Positions 1 to 14,866 of a stretch of 64,000 bases of DNA are shown here, in pieces (the first letter of the stretch is position 1; each line of letters opens with the position of its first letter). The DNA is from the human T2T-CHM13v2.0 reference genome, Homo sapiens. Made by a program: the position numbers and the translations under genes. The notes under the pieces are model-generated. The model searched no databases, was not told the origin of the DNA, and saw nothing but the letters and a program-made list of their open reading frames with translations. The DNA lies in the NCBI RefSeq assembly GCF_009914755.1, contig NC_060938.1; one strand, 5' to 3'.

Positions 1-168
1 TATCTATAGGGAGACTACCTTTCCCTGGTGCTGCCTGCAACTTATTGTTATTTTAGTGAGGCGGTGTGACAACTGCCTGTCCACCACTTGATGGTTGCCT
101 AACTTTCCTGGGAGTGTGGGGGCCCAGTCCTGCCCTATTTGTGTCTGACTAGCTGCCCTCTCTGACAC
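1..168. mobile_element. ERV1-class LTR end (MER39/MER21-group-like), nested in an MLT2 LTR
   Basis: Ends ...cctgccctatttgtgtctgactagctgccctctctgaca, resembling the MER39-group terminus; truncated by window edge. Confidence 0.55.
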
Positions 169-169
169 T

Positions 170-323
170 CTGATGAGGCCCACCCACATTGTGGAGGATA
201 ATCTTCACTTAAAGCAATTGAAGGTAGATGTTAGCCCCCTCTAAAGAATACCTTCTCAGCAACACCTAGATTAGTGTTCTATTAAATAACTGTCCACGTT
301 AACATATAAAACTAACCATCACA
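170..323 (-). mobile_element. MLT2 (ERVL) LTR fragment
   Basis: gatgaggcccacccacatt...aactaaccatcaca is the reverse complement of the MLT2 5' end TGTGATGGTT. Confidence 0.8.
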
Positions 324-1147
324 CCTAGTGTGCTCTCAACCAGTGTAAAAGACACTGTGTGCTAAGGATTATATCAATAGATTTTAGACTATAGATGCTG
401 ATGTCATCAAACATCCAAATGAATGTTTGTGCTTCGAGTTCTCAAAAACATTTCTGTTCTTAGTGACAGGAGAGCATGTATGGTGATGGAGAGTTCTGTG
501 CATGTTTATCCTACTTGTCTGAGGAGGCTGTTCTCCCCCATTTTGAGTAGTTAAATATGAAAGTTATGATTTGAGCCTCTTTCCTTCATGCTTATGTTTA
601 GTGAAAAGATCTGTATATTGGCTAAATTCCAAAAATTTCATAAAGAACCTGATTATTTAGAATTCAGGCCAAATACACAGTTGTTACTGTAGAGAGGAAA
701 GCAAACATTGCTTTCTGATTTATTCAGAGTGCTCTGAAGGAGAGAATGGAGAATTCGTGTAGCAAAATTACGGCTTAATAAATTCAGTGACTGCTAAGCT
801 GATACCCTTAGTACATACCCTTGAGAATGAAAACTAATGGTTTGCTGAAACATATCTCTAGTGTATTCTATAGCAATTCATTTTTTCTGTTAACCTGTAT
901 AATTGCTTCTTACATAAGTAAAGATGTCACCTCTACTTAAAATGAAAATCTCTTCTATGGGCTATGGAATTGCTCATTTTGAAATAGTGCTGTTAGAAAG
1001 CAAACAATGAATTAGAGCTGAATCAGCTAGAACTGTCACTTGATGTCTCTATGTAACTTACCATCTGTTTTAAAGATTTCGTACATACTGTAACCCACAT
1101 AATATGGTCCATAATATTCTAAATTCTGAACATTATTATATAATATT

Positions 1148-1444
<297 letters not shown>

Positions 1445-1891
1445 TAGCATTTAAACCCAAGAAAAGTAGATAGTTATCTTTGATGCCAAATTTAACTGTT
1501 TACTTTATGATGTTTTCAAACTGTTAAAATGTGTTAACTTTAAGTGGTATAAAGAACCCTTTGCTTTAAGGGTGGTTACTAGGCCTCTAAGTGCACCTCA
1601 CTCTAACTTGGATCAGGTCAGCTTGGCAATGGTGACACCAGTGCTGATTGAAATCAGACGCATCATGGATAGAACTCTAAGCATTCTGCTCATGTGATGT
1701 TGTTTTTGGTTTTGTTTTAAAATCCAGTTATATTGATTTGAAGAGTTTAATTATTTTGGTTGAAATTATGCTGTTCTTAAATACATACATATTTAAACAA
1801 ATTGATACACTCTACTTGATCTGAGCCTGAGAGAAACAATCTCACCTGTCCCTGTAGCTGAGTAATAAAATAGCAGGATTTTTTATTAACC

Positions 1892-2152
1892 TTTTTTTCT
1901 GAGACAGGGTCTTGCTTTGTTACCCATGCTGGAGTGCAGTGACACCATCGTAGCTCACTGCAGCCTTGACCTTCTGGGCTCAAGTAATCCTCCCACCTCA
2001 GCCTCCTGAGTAGCTGGGACTACTGGCATGTGTCACCATGCTTGGCTAATTTTTAAATTTTTTGTAGAGATGAGGTCTCCCTGTATTGCCCAGGCTGGGC
2101 TCAAGCAGTCTTCCTGCCTCAGCCTCCCAAATTGTTGGGATTATAAGTGTGA
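1892..2152 (-). mobile_element. AluJ
   Basis: gggctcaag diagnostic, diverged dimer. Confidence 0.9.
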
Positions 2153-2167
2153 GACTTACTTTTTTTA

Positions 2168-2490
<323 letters not shown>

Positions 2491-2949
2491 CATTTTTTTT
2501 TCTTTTAAAAAACCACAGTGTGAATGGTGCTTTCTCAAGAGTTTTAATTGAAGTTTGGGAATGTAAGTACCTTCTTATAAATAAAAATGACATCTATGGT
2601 TTTGTTTTATTTCGTTTAATCTAGTGTGTGCCATGGACTCACTGTCATTTTCAAAACTGGGGGATCACATTATTGTATCTTGGTGGACATAATTGTATAT
2701 GTCTTGGAAACATCTAGAATACCTAGTACAAAACTTTTGGGAAGCTTTTAATGACTATTAAGTGATACTGGCCCAGTCTTCAGTAAGCTTGTAATGTAAT
2801 TAAAAAAATTTTTTTTGGTTTATTACAAATTTATTTCGGCATAGGTACTGAGGGACATTGTCCCCTTGAGTTTTTTCACTTGATGCATTTAACATCATGG
2901 TTCACTGATTTTCCTGCAAACAAAACCACATTCTGTTTTCTTATTTTAC

Positions 2950-3470
2950 TGTTGGAATTTGAGTTGTTTGCAGTTTTCTGTGGGTATAAACAATTATATG
3001 TGTCTCCGGGCGACACGTCTCTCAGTGAACATAAATTTAAGAGTGAAATTGCTGGATGGTAGGATATGCCGTACCATCTGCCTACCTAACATCTTGACTG
3101 CCTTTCAAAGTGATTGTACCAATGTACATTCCCACCAGAGCATCTGAATGTTTCCATTGCCCCACAGCTTTGCCACATTCTTGACATTGTTTGACTTTTT
3201 AAATTTAGTCAAGCTAGTAGTGTGAAAGGTGCTTTTCATTTATATTTTCCTAATTACTAAGGAAGGAAACTGAGCATCATTTTTTTGTATTGAAGGACTT
3301 TTTGTATTTTGTAACTTTTATATATTTTTCTCTCGGATTGTTTATCTTATACATTTATAAGAGTTATATACTCTGGATACTTATATTTTGTTGATATGAT
3401 TTTTAATTTGTGGCTTATCTTTTTATTTTCTTCATGGTATCCTTTAATGAACAGAAGTTTTTTATTTTAA
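2950..3470 (-). mobile_element. Old L1M fragment
   Basis: gagtgaaattgctggat...tttcaaagtgattgtaccaatgtacattcccaccag typical of antisense L1 ORF2 3' end. Confidence 0.7.
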
Positions 3471-3496
3471 CATAGAATGAGGCGAGCTGCAGTGGC

Positions 3497-3790
3497 TGGA
3501 CGGACACAGTGGCTCACACCTGTAATCCTTCCACTTTGGGAGGCTGAGGCGGGTGAATCACTTGAGCTCAGGAGTTAGAGACCAGCCTGGGCAACATGGC
3601 AAAACCTCATTTTTACAAAAAATACAAAAATTAGCCAGGTTTGATGGCTCACACGTGTAGTTTCAGTTACTTGGGAGGCTGAGGTGGGAGGATTGCTTGA
3701 GCTTCAGAGGCGGAGGTTGTAGTGAGCCAAGATCATACCACTGCACTTCAGCCTAGGCAACAGAGGGAGACTGTCTCAAAAAAAAAAAAA
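3497..3790 (+). mobile_element. AluJ
   Basis: Full dimer with A tail. Confidence 0.9.
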
Positions 3791-4155
3791 TTGTATTTTA
3801 TTTTTTAAATGCAAGTCTTTAGTTAAGTTGGGATTTATTTTTATATAGAGAGTAGAACAGGAATCTAGTTTAATTTCCCTCCACATGCATAAACACATTT
3901 GCAAGTACCATTATTAAATAATTCAACCTTTCTCCATTAACCTGGAAGTCTTACTGTGTTATAATTAATAGTTGGTATGGCAGATCCCCTCATTACTGTT
4001 GTCTTCATGTGTAGTATCTTGATTTTTCTTGGGCTTTTGATTTTTCATGTGAACTTCACATATAGTCAGCTTGTGAAGTTTTTTTCTTTTTCTTTACTTT
4101 TTGTTACTAGTATTGGCACCATTGATTGGAATTTGTCGAGTTTTTAAAATGTCCT

Positions 4156-4810
4156 GCTGGATGTAGTGGTTCACGCCTGTAATCCCAGCACTTTGGGAGG
4201 CTGAGGCTGGCAGATCACTTGAGCTCAGGAGTTCAGCACCAGCCTGGGCAACATGGCAAAACACTGTGTATTAGTCTGTTTTCATGCTGCTGATAAAGAC
4301 ATACCTAAGACTGGTAAGAAAAAGAGGTTTAATTGGACTTACAGTTCTACATGGCTGGGGAGGCCTCAGAATCATGACGGGAGGCAAAAGGCACTTCTTA
4401 CATGGCGGCGGCAAGAGAAAATGAAGAAACAAAAGTGGAAACCCCTGAAAAACCCATCAGATCTCTTGAGACTTACTCACTATCACAACAATAGCATGGG
4501 AAAGACCAGCCCCCATGATTCAATTACCTTCCCGGGGTCCCTCCCACAACACGTGGAATTCTGGGAGATACAATTCAAGTTGAGATTTCAGTGGGGACAC
4601 AGTCAAACCATATCACCCCATCCCTACAAAAAACTAGAAATATTACCCGGTCGTGGTGGCATGCACCTGTAGTCCCAGCTACTTGGGAGGCTGTGGTGGG
4701 AGGATCACTTGAGCCCAGGAGGTTGATGCTGCAGTAGTGAGCTGTGATTGCACCACTGCACTTCAGCCTGGGCAACAGAGTGAGAACCTGCCTCAAACAA
4801 AAACAAAAAC
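4156..4810 (+). mobile_element. AluJ split by a THE1 LTR
   Basis: Left arm 4156-4266, remainder resumes at 4616. Confidence 0.9.
4267..4615 (-). mobile_element. THE1C (MaLR) solo LTR
   Basis: tgtattagtctgttttcatgctgctgataaagacatacc...gggacacagtcaaaccatatca; THE1C-type ggcacttcttacatggcggcggcaagag. Confidence 0.9.
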
Positions 4811-5037
4811 CCTCCTAATAAAATCCTATGGATGTAGATATATGTGTAGATGTATAACACACATGCATTTATATTCCCTAGCACTGCCATTGACAGTGCC
4901 TGAAAGTATCCCCCAATAACAATGAACATATCTGGCACCCTAATCTTGATTTCTAAATACAATTCTCTAATAAAAGGAACCAGTACTCCTTGGAGAAATG
5001 AGACCAAAACATGTAGTTTCAGAAAATGAGGAAATGA

Positions 5038-5350
5038 TTGCCAGATACAGCAGCTCATGCTTGTAATCCCAGCTACTTGGGAGGCTAAGGCTGGAAAATT
5101 GTTTGAGGCTGGGAGTTTGAGACCAGCCTGGGCAACATAGCAAAACCCTACCTCTAAACAAATAAATTAAAAAAAAAAATAGCCAGACATGGTGTCACAC
5201 ACCTGTAATCCTAGCTACTCAGGAGACTGAGGCAGGATTATTGCTTGAGCCCAGGAGTTTGAGTGAGTTATGATCATACCACTGCACTCCAGCCTGGGTG
5301 ACAGAGTAAGACCTAGTCTCTTATGGAAAAAAAAGATTGATTGATTGACT
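5038..5350 (+). mobile_element. AluJ with (ATTG)n tail
   Basis: Diverged dimer. Confidence 0.88.
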
Positions 5351-5451
5351 GATTGATTATAATAGTGATTAATTATAGTAAACAATAATAGTAATGGATT
5401 ATAACCCACTGAATAAATTGATGAATAACATAAATGTAAGAATGAATAAAT

Positions 5452-5612
5452 GATTAGCTGGTTGTGGTGGCAGCACACACCTATAATCTTAGCGGCTGAG
5501 GACAGAAGGATTGCTTGAGCCCAGGAGATCGAGGCTGCAGTGAACTGTGATTGCACCACTGCACTCAAGCCTAGGTGACAGAGCAAGACCCTGTCTCAAA
5601 AAAATGAAAAAA
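5452..5612 (+). mobile_element. Alu right monomer (FRAM/AluJ)
   Basis: Single arm with A tail. Confidence 0.85.
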
Positions 5613-6162
5613 CAAATTTTTTTTAAATAATGAAATGCCGTTAATTGAAAGCTTGATGAGGTACCAGATATTTATATAGTTTCAGATTACCTCCATATGA
5701 AATACTTACTAATTACAAAGGGGGAAAGAATAAATTACAGTGGTGGAAGCCTGGCAGATACCACCTTAATCAGTTCATCAAAATGAACATCATTGGTAAG
5801 AATACAAATCAAAATTGTTTGTCACTGATAGGATGCCATGAGAACACAGTATTCTTTCTGTGATATTCTTGCTAGTGTTTTTGCTTATTATTTATTTTTA
5901 AATAAATGTTATTTTGAAGTATGATATACACACAGAGCACAGATCATAAGTGGATAGGTCAGTGAATTTCAAAAATTGGACTCATCTATGAAACCAGTCC
6001 CGAGATCAAAAAAATGAAGTGTCACTCTGGAAGCCCCTGATGGGACTCCTGCGAGTTATAGCAGTGATTAGTTTTGCCTGGTGTTGAACTTTCTGTAAAC
6101 GGAATTAGGTAGTGTATACTTTTGTATATGGCTTTTTTCTTTCAGCATTACATGCATGATAG

Positions 6163-6549
<387 letters not shown>

Positions 6550-6640
6550 TAGCTTTTCTTTCTGCTGTGGATGTGCACTGCAGTTGTTTTCAGTTTTGGG
6601 CTATTAGGAATTGCACTGCTATGAACATCCTTGTTTATGT

Positions 6641-7128
6641 TGTAGGGGAGAAAGATTTCTTTTTCTTTCCAATGGCTAGGTACATGGCTGACATCCTATC
6701 ACAAAAGACAGATTAACAAGAGAGAAGCATACGAATTTATTAATATAAGTTTTACGTGACACAGGAATTTTCAGGAATTAAGACCCAAAGAAGCAGGGAC
6801 ATCTCTGTATTTTTATGCTAAATTTGATGATGAGTGGACAGTTGTGCAGAAGTCTGATTGGGCAAAGGGAGTATGAGGCAGTGGTAATAAACTAGGCCTA
6901 TTTGTTCAGCTGCTCCATGTCCCTGTGTCTTCAGAGATAAGGGCATTCCTTTCCTGCAGGTATAGGGAGGGTATCTGTGGAATGAAGGTCTTATGACCTA
7001 CTTCAGAGGAAGGCTAGAGAATTCTTTTATGGCCTACTTCATAGTAGAAGGACAGGAGAAGGTTGCTTCTGTGGTTTTCTCAAATGCTAAGATGCCATAT
7101 TTTGCAGTAGCATGTGCTGAACCCCATT
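6641..7128 (-). mobile_element. ERV1-class solo LTR (MER31-like) inserted in an L1M fragment
   Basis: acaaaagacagattaacaagagagaagcat...gccatattttgcagtagcatgtgctgaacccc; L1 sequence is continuous on both sides. Confidence 0.65.
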
Positions 7129-7894
7129 AGTGTCTTTTGCTACAAATATGTGTCCATTTATGCTGGCTGTCTACCTAGGTGTGAAATTGCTGAGTTATAG
7201 CATATGCCTATGTTCAACTTTAATAGATGCTGCCAGTTTTCCAAAGGAGCCGTATCAGTTAACACTGCTACCAAAGGTGTAAGAGAGTCCCATTTGCTCC
7301 ACATTCTTAGTGACATGGTTTTAATTTCAGCCATTCCAGTGGGTAGGTAGTAGTACCACATTGTGATTTATTTATCATGACTAATGGGGTCAGTCATCTT
7401 TCATCTGACTGTTAACCCTTTATTTGGTTGTCATCTTTTGTGTGGTATCGCCATTCATCTGCTTTTTAAGTCTGTCATCTGGGATCATTTTCCTGCTGTG
7501 CAAAAGTCATATAATTTATTGTGTGTCTGTTGATGGTAAAATCTTGGTTTTGTTTGCCTGAAAATGTTTATTGTTCTAGAAGGAATTATCTCTAGCTATA
7601 TAATTCTGGGTTGATAGTTCTCTCTCTTAGTTTATTGAAAATAATAGTTCTCTCTGTCTTGTGGCTTCCATTGTTGCTTTTGAGAAATAAGTCATCACCT
7701 TAATTGGGGTAATTTGTAGGTGATTTTCTTTTCTCTGCTGCTTTTAAGATTGTTTTTTATTTAGTGGTCAGTATTTTTACTTTTATGTCTCTTGGTATTG
7801 ATTTTTCACTTGCTTCTTGTTTGCTGGCCTTTCTGGATTCAAGGATTGGTGTGTCATTTATACCAGAGAGTTTCTCCATTATCTTCTTCTAGTA

Positions 7895-8125
7895 CAGTGT
7901 GAGTATCCCTGATCTGAAATGCTTGGGACCAGAAGTGTTTTGGATTTCAGGTTTTTTCAGATTTTGGAATATTTGTAGTATACTTTCTAGTTGAGCATCC
8001 CTATCTGAAAAACTGAAAACCTGAACTCCAGTGAGCATTTCCTTTGAGCATCATGTCAGCACTCAAAAAGTTTGAAGTTTTGGACCATTTCGGATTTCAG
8101 ATTTTCCGATTTGGAATGCTCAAGT
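7895..8125. mobile_element. Tigger4a/MER46A MITE
   Basis: TA-cagtgtgagtatccct...aaatgcttgggaccagaagtgtttt...gagcatttcctttgagcatcatgtcagcactcaaaaagttt. Confidence 0.85.
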
Positions 8126-8181
8126 GGCACTCCTTTTAGGCAGATTTTAGGTCTATTCACTCTATCATCTAAGCTTCTTAA

Positions 8182-8468
<287 letters not shown>

Positions 8469-8849
8469 TTACTCTCTCTTTTAAGGTTTGCATTTTTTTA
8501 TTTGAGAAACACTCTGGGTAATTTTTCAAGGTCAGTCTTACAGTTTACTGATTCACTGTTCATCTGTGTCCATTCTGTGATTTATCCACCTAATGAATTT
8601 TTTTAAAGTTCAGTTATCACATTTTAAATTTCTCGATGGTTTGGTTCTCTCTCCATTCTGTTTGGTTATTTACAGTCCCTTATTTGCTCATATTTTCAAA
8701 CTTCTCATTTACACATATATGCATATATGTTTTTTTTTAGATATCACACTTTGTCAGCTTTAATATTTGGCATAGAGAGAAAAAGGCCTGCAACTAGATT
8801 TTAGATGAAAGTTATGACTCAGAATCCCTTGTCTATCCATATTTTTCTT

Positions 8850-9760
8850 TTTTTCGCTTTTTATTTTGACATAATCTCAGAGTTTAAAAAAAAAAAGTTA
8901 GATATGTCAAGCAACTTCCATCTACCCTTTGCCCACCTTTCCCAAATGTTAATATCTTACATAACTATAGTAAAATTATCTAAATCAGGTAATTAACCTT
9001 GATAGAATACTGCTAACTGATCTCTACACTGCATTTGTTTTTTATCAACTCTTCCAATAATGTCTTTTGTTTGGACCGTGGTCCAATCCAGGATCAAACA
9101 TTACAGTTAGTTATGTTTCCTTATTTTCTTTAACCTGTGGTGTTTGTCAAATGGTGGTTTTTCTACTTCCATTATCCTTTTTGCATGTGTCCATTAAAAT
9201 TTTCCTATAAGAAAGAGCTTGGCCTTCTCTTCCATGTACTACACATTCAGTTATTTATTTTTTATCACTATGGACTTGTGGATGTTTGTTTTATCCTATG
9301 GGTTATAATCCTTTAAATTGTTCCAGATGTGGCCTCTTCAGTTTGGTTCCACTTTCCTTTTAAGAAGTCCCCAGCTTTTTTGAGCACTTCCTTACTTTTT
9401 GGCACCACAAGATATTTCAGGCTCACCTGATATTTTCCCTGTCTCAGTTTTGCAGCCAGACATCTCTCCAAGTAGTCCTGGTTCTTTTTATTGAAGGATG
9501 GTGTTTAGAAACCACCGTCTGGGTGCTAATTGTGCTATTAAGATGTTATTACCCTTAGGCTCTCTCAGAGGACAGAGCTGGGAGATGAATATATGTATGT
9601 ATACACATATCTACATTTATCTGTTCCTGTCTGTTGAAATACATGTTAAAAACTATGATTTCATAGTGATACCGCTGATTCAAATCTAACACCATGAAAT
9701 TCATTCTAGCCTTTCTCCTTTCTGTATTTGTTTTGTCTCTAGCCTCAGTGTCTATTATAG
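8850..9760 (-). mobile_element. L1MC4-type 3' UTR
   Basis: ttttttgagcacttccttactttttggcaccacaagat...tagaaaccaccgtctgggtgcta; same family as 4830-5875, opposite strand. Confidence 0.7.
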
Positions 9761-10103
9761 TCAAGATACTGGCTTCCACAGTGGTTAGTTCTTCTGCATT
9801 CCCTTCAGGGTGGTCATGTGGTTATGTTATGTATTCCTAATGCAGTTTAGTTGTTACTGTTTATGTTTCGCTTTAGGTTCCCCTTATATACTGGTTGATG
9901 TTAATTGTTTGCTTTTTTTATTTCGGGAAACATTACCATGGTTCTAAATGTCAAAACTATGCAAAAAGATATATTTTGAGACATGCCACTTCATTCTCAT
10001 TCTCCATTCTCATTCCCCAGTTCCCACTCCCATGGTTCCATAATGCTTGTAAGATAAAATTCAAACTTCAGTGTGATTTACAAGTCCTTTCATCATCTCA
10101 GTT

Positions 10104-10244
10104 TTATTTATTTGTTTATTTTTAAATAGAGATGAGGTCTCACTATGTTGCCAAGGCTGATCTCAAACTCCTTAGGCTCAAGTAGCCTCCTGCCTTGGCC
10201 TCTCAAAGTGCTGGGATTATAAGCATGATCGGCTGCACCTGGCC
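10104..10244 (-). mobile_element. FLAM/Alu left monomer
   Basis: Single arm. Confidence 0.85.
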
Positions 10245-10496
10245 ACATCTCAGTTTTAGCTTGTCCTTGTACGTCACACTCTGGTTGTCTCAGATTTGTG
10301 ATTATACCTCAGATATGACCGACTCATTCATGTCTCCATGCATACGTTCTCTCCCTCTGCCTAGAGTGATACTTCTATTCTCCTAACCTTGCCTATCTGT
10401 AATCATTCAAAACTTATTTCCATTCTTACCTCTATGGGAAAACTTCCTTTCCTTTTTTTCTTTTCACTTGCCTTTTACTCTCCCTACATTTAATAA

Positions 10497-10682
10497 TCTT
10501 GCTCTGTCACCCAGGCTGGAGTGAAGTGGCATGATCATGGCTCACTGCAGCCTCAACCTCCCGGGCTCAAGTGATCCTCTTACCTCAGCCTCCTGAGTAG
10601 CTGGGACTGCAGGCTCACACCACCACGCCTGGCTAATTTTTGTATTTTTTGTAGAGATGGGGTTTTGCTATGTAGCCCAACT
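10497..10682 (-). mobile_element. Partial AluJ
   Basis: Right arm plus linker. Confidence 0.85.
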
Positions 10683-10685
10683 GAC

Positions 10686-10978
10686 TTTTTTTTTTTTTGA
10701 GTCAGAGTCTCACTCTTGCCTAGGCTGGAGTGCAGTGGTACGATCTCGGCTCACTGCAAGCCCCACCTCCTGGGTTCAAGCAATTCTCCTGCCTCAGCCC
10801 CCTGAGTAGCTGGGACTACAGGTGCCTGCCACCACACCCGGCTAATTTTTGTGTGTTTTTAATAGAGACAGGGTTTCACTGTGTTAGCCAGAATGGTCTC
10901 CATCTCCTGACCTCGTGATCCACCCGCCTCGGCCTCCCAAAGTGCTGGGATTACAGGCGTGAGCCACTGCGCCCAGCC
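10686..10978 (-). mobile_element. AluSc/Y-like
   Basis: gtgttagccagaatggtctc...gacctcgtgatcc. Confidence 0.92.
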
Positions 10979-11689
10979 TGTAGTGACTAGATTTCAATTA
11001 TTTTCACCTTCTTTTCTTTATTTCTTCTCTTTTCATTTCACTAATGACATAAGCCCATACAATAGAACGTAAATCCTCATAATGTGAAAACATGTCAGCT
11101 TTGAAAGTCAAGACTGTATCATTGCCACGTTTGCTACTTCACTTGAAAAGTTGAAACTTCCTGTCTATTTAATCTGTTAGATTGGAAGAAATTGTTGTAC
11201 CAGAAATAAATCCCTTCATCAGTCTTTTAAGAGCCTTAGTAAGCTTTTAAATTGTCGTTATTTTTAATGTCCAAAAGGCAAGTTCAGTGACCTTCCAAAT
11301 TGTGTTTCTAAGCTGTTTGTGTTACTTTTTAAATTCTGTATTGCTTACTTAGCAGATTATGTTAAAATGCAGGGACTTATTTCTACCAGTCTCTTCACCC
11401 ATCTGTTACTTTCCTTCCTCCCTCTGTATTGCGTTTACCTCCTGCCACTCCTGTGTACGCTATCTAATCATAGCTCGTTCTCAAGTCCTACATGAAACTT
11501 GGAAGAGGAGTTTAGTTGCAATGCAGACATCACACTGTAGATGTGAAGGGAGAGCTTCAGGAACTTGCTTTGTGAGGGCACAAGGCTTGCATTCCATCAG
11601 TGTTTGAATCTGGGTATAGCATGCTATGAGAAAGCATCCACTTAGTAATGTGTCCCGTATTGTTTATTTATAATAATTACTGAAATGTT

Positions 11690-12640
11690 TTACTTTTTTT
11701 ATTCAGAATGAAGACAAGTACATCATAAATTTATACCTTAATGAATTTTTCCAAATTGAACATAGTCGTGAAACTACCACTCAAATCAGGGAATCTAATA
11801 TTATTAGCCCACCGAATTTCCCCCCTTTTCCTTCTCCCAGTCTGTATTTTCCCCTACATCCTACACTCAGTGGAAACTATTATTCTGACTTACATAGTTT
11901 TACCTATTACTGAACTTTATAAAACAGAATCATACAGTATATTCTTTCATGTGTCTGGCATCTTTGTCTCAACATTATGTTTGTGAGATTTATCAGTGTT
12001 CTTGTATTAGTTATGGTTCATTTATATTCATTGCTGTGTAGCAGGCGAAACTAAGGCTGGTGGACTGGCTGTTTTTGTAAATAAAGTTTTATCGGAACAC
12101 AGCCAAGCCCGTATTGTCTATGGCTGCTTTTGTACTCCAAAGGCAGGTTTGAGCAGATGTGACAGGGACAGAGATTTTATGGCCTGCAAAGCCTGAAATA
12201 TTTACTATTTGGCCCTTTACAGGAGAAAAAAAAAATCCTGATTCCTGCTCTATAATATTCCATTATATGAATATTCCACAATTTGTTACTGGGTTTCGGC
12301 TATTACAGCTAACACTTATTGGAAAATTATTGTATAGGATTTATGTTTGCACATTCCCAGGAGGCATTTACCTAGGAGTGGAATTGCTAGGTTGCAGGGT
12401 ATGTTTATGTTCTGCTTTATTGGATGCTGCCAAACAGCTTTACGGTTTGTATTCCCATCAGCATTGTGTGAGAGTTGAATTGCTGCACATCCTAAGTCTT
12501 GGTGTTGTCAGATTTTAAAATTTCAGCCATTTTCATCATTATGTAATTTTATTTCATTGTAGTTTTAATTTGTATTTCCATGGTGATGCATGAAGTTGAA
12601 CACCTTTTTATATGCTTGTTAGCCATTTTTATATTCTGTT
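11690..12640 (-). mobile_element. Old L1M fragment
   Basis: tacctaggagtggaattgctagg, ttcccatcagcattgtgtgagagtt. Confidence 0.7.
12042..12247. mobile_element. MER58A (hAT-Charlie)
   Basis: tttttgtaaataaagttttatcggaacacagcc...tggcctgcaaagcctgaaatatttactatttggccctttacag. Confidence 0.85.
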
Positions 12641-12668
12641 TGGGTGGCTTGTCTTTTTCTTCTCCCCC

Positions 12669-13003
12669 TAGGACAGAGTCTTGCTCTGGTTGGGATGTGG
12701 TGGTGCAATTAGAGCTCACTGAAGCCTCGAACTCCTGGGGACAAGCGATCCTCCTGCTTCAGCCTCCCAAATAGCTGGGACTATAGGCGCACACCACCAT
12801 GCCTAGCTAATTTTTTATTTTTATTTATTTTTATTTTTTAAACCAAGGAAGATGTTGAATTTTTTTTATTTTTTAATTTTTTTGTAGTGACAGGGTCTTG
12901 CTATGTTGCCCAGGCTGTTCTCAAACTCCTGGGCTCAAGCAATCCTCCTGCTTCAGCCTCCCAAAATGCTGGGATTACAGACATGAGCTACTGTGCACAG
13001 CCC
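12669..13003 (-). mobile_element. AluJ
   Basis: Dimer with expanded linker. Confidence 0.88.
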
Positions 13004-13385
13004 TCTTATTAATTTGTAAGGAGTTCTTTATATGTTCTGAATCTGTCCTTTGGTAGATATATGTATTGCAAATATTTCCTTCTGTTTTGAGGCGTCCACT
13101 TTTCTTCTTTTAATGCTTAAAAATTTTTTTTTTAAAGCTTATTAACTATAATGAATACAGCAACATGGCTGAATCTCACACACACTGAGGCAAGTGAAGT
13201 TAGACACTGTATTTGTGGATACATGGACAGTGATCCTCAGCCTTGTCATCATACTACCTGGAAACTTAATTGTCTTAAAGCTTAGTTAGACTTTCATGTT
13301 TTTCAGTCCCTCTTAATTGAAAGTGTGGTTTGTTATATAGTTATGTGGTCTGAGGTTTGGATAAGGACAGAGTTCTTATCTTTCC

Positions 13386-13546
13386 TTTTTTTTGTTTTGA
13401 GACCGAGTCTCGCTCTATCGTCCAGGCTGGAGGAGTGCAGCAGCACAATCTCAGCTCACTGCAAGCTCCGCCTCCCAGGTTCAAGCGATTTTCGTGCCTG
13501 GGTCCCCAGAGTAGTTGGGATTACAGGCGTGAGCCATTGTACCGGC
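13386..13546 (-). mobile_element. Monomeric Alu
   Basis: Single-arm length with both termini; TSD ttatctttcc. Confidence 0.8.
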
Positions 13547-13868
13547 TATTATCTTTCCCTTTTGAATATTAAAAGCAATTCCAGCATCTTAAAAATCTCA
13601 AGTTCTGTGGGTGTGTTTGTTCAGCACTCCATAGTGTGCTGAATATTCATAGATTTTACTAAGTAAGATGATGCAGTATCAGATATTGGAATCATATTTT
13701 TGCATTTTTTTCTCCTGAGAACTGTCTCCTCAGATCTTCAAGTTAAGGAATTTAGAAATCGAAGCTTATTTATCTAGCTTTAAATTGCATTGGGTTGAAC
13801 AGGTTAGTTGTGTCTTGTAGTGAGTAGACTACATGATTTTTGAGGTCTGTTTAATAATTCTATTTTTC

Positions 13869-14160
13869 AGCTGGGCGCAGTATCTCACGTCTGTAATCCC
13901 AGCACTTTGGGAGGCCGAGGCAGGTGGATTACCTGAGGTCAGGGGTTCGAGACCTGTCTGGGCAATATGGTGAAACCTTGTCTCTACTAAAAATACAAAA
14001 ATTAGCTGGGCGTGATGGTGCGCGCCTCTAGTTCAGCTACTCGGGAGGCTGGGCAGGAGAATTGCTTGAACCTGGGAGGCAGAGGTTGTAGTGAGCCAAG
14101 ATTGTGCCACTGCAGTGTAGCCTGGGTGACAGAATGATACTCCATCTCAAAAAGAGAAAA
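13869..14160 (+). mobile_element. AluS
   Basis: Full dimer; TSD aataattctatttttt. Confidence 0.95.
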
Positions 14161-14326
14161 ATAATAATTCTATTTTTTCCCCTTTTTGTTTCAGCTTTAT
14201 AAATAGCAGTCCAGGGCAACAGTACTTGATAAAAAGGTATTTTGTTTGTTTTGGTTTGTTATGGTCAGCTCTACAAAGATGCATGTGACCTTAAAAATAT
14301 TTAGAAATATTATAATACTACAGACA

Positions 14327-14628
<302 letters not shown>

Positions 14629-14807
14629 ATATGATAATACTAGAGACATTTTTCTCTAATGTCTAATTTAAAAGCAACTATTTACCTTAGAAAGGCTGGT
14701 TTGCCTCTTCTAGAACAAAGATAAGACCTGTGTAAGTTATACAGCTATTGTATTTTAGTGAAATTTATTGTGCACTTAACCAGGTTTTTTTTCTAATTTT
14801 ATTTCAG

Positions 14808-14866
14808 GTTATACCTTATTGGTGTGGACGTTGTCTAAATTTCGGTAGCCATGGCACAAGAATATA
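14808..14866 (+). other. SIPA1L1: 59-nt internal exon, probably a 5'-UTR exon of SIPA1L1, containing an upstream ATG
   Basis: Seen: poly-T tract, ctaat branch-like motif, tttcag|G acceptor, ATA|gtaagt donor, CpGs retained in unique sequence, GCCATGG at 14848-14854. Gene identity is from memory of the SIPA1L1 mRNA leader (ggtgtggacgttgtctaaatttcggtagccatggcacaagaatata), not verified. Confidence 0.65.

Larger units (their letters stand above)
4830..5875 (+). mobile_element. L1MC3/L1MC4-type 3' UTR, interrupted by Alus
   Basis: tctaaatacaattctctaataaaaggaaccagtactccttggagaaatg; gaagcctggcagataccaccttaatca. Confidence 0.7.

Noticed and set aside
4253-4672. 139-aa ORF
   Set aside because: Chance read-through of an Alu-THE1C-Alu junction
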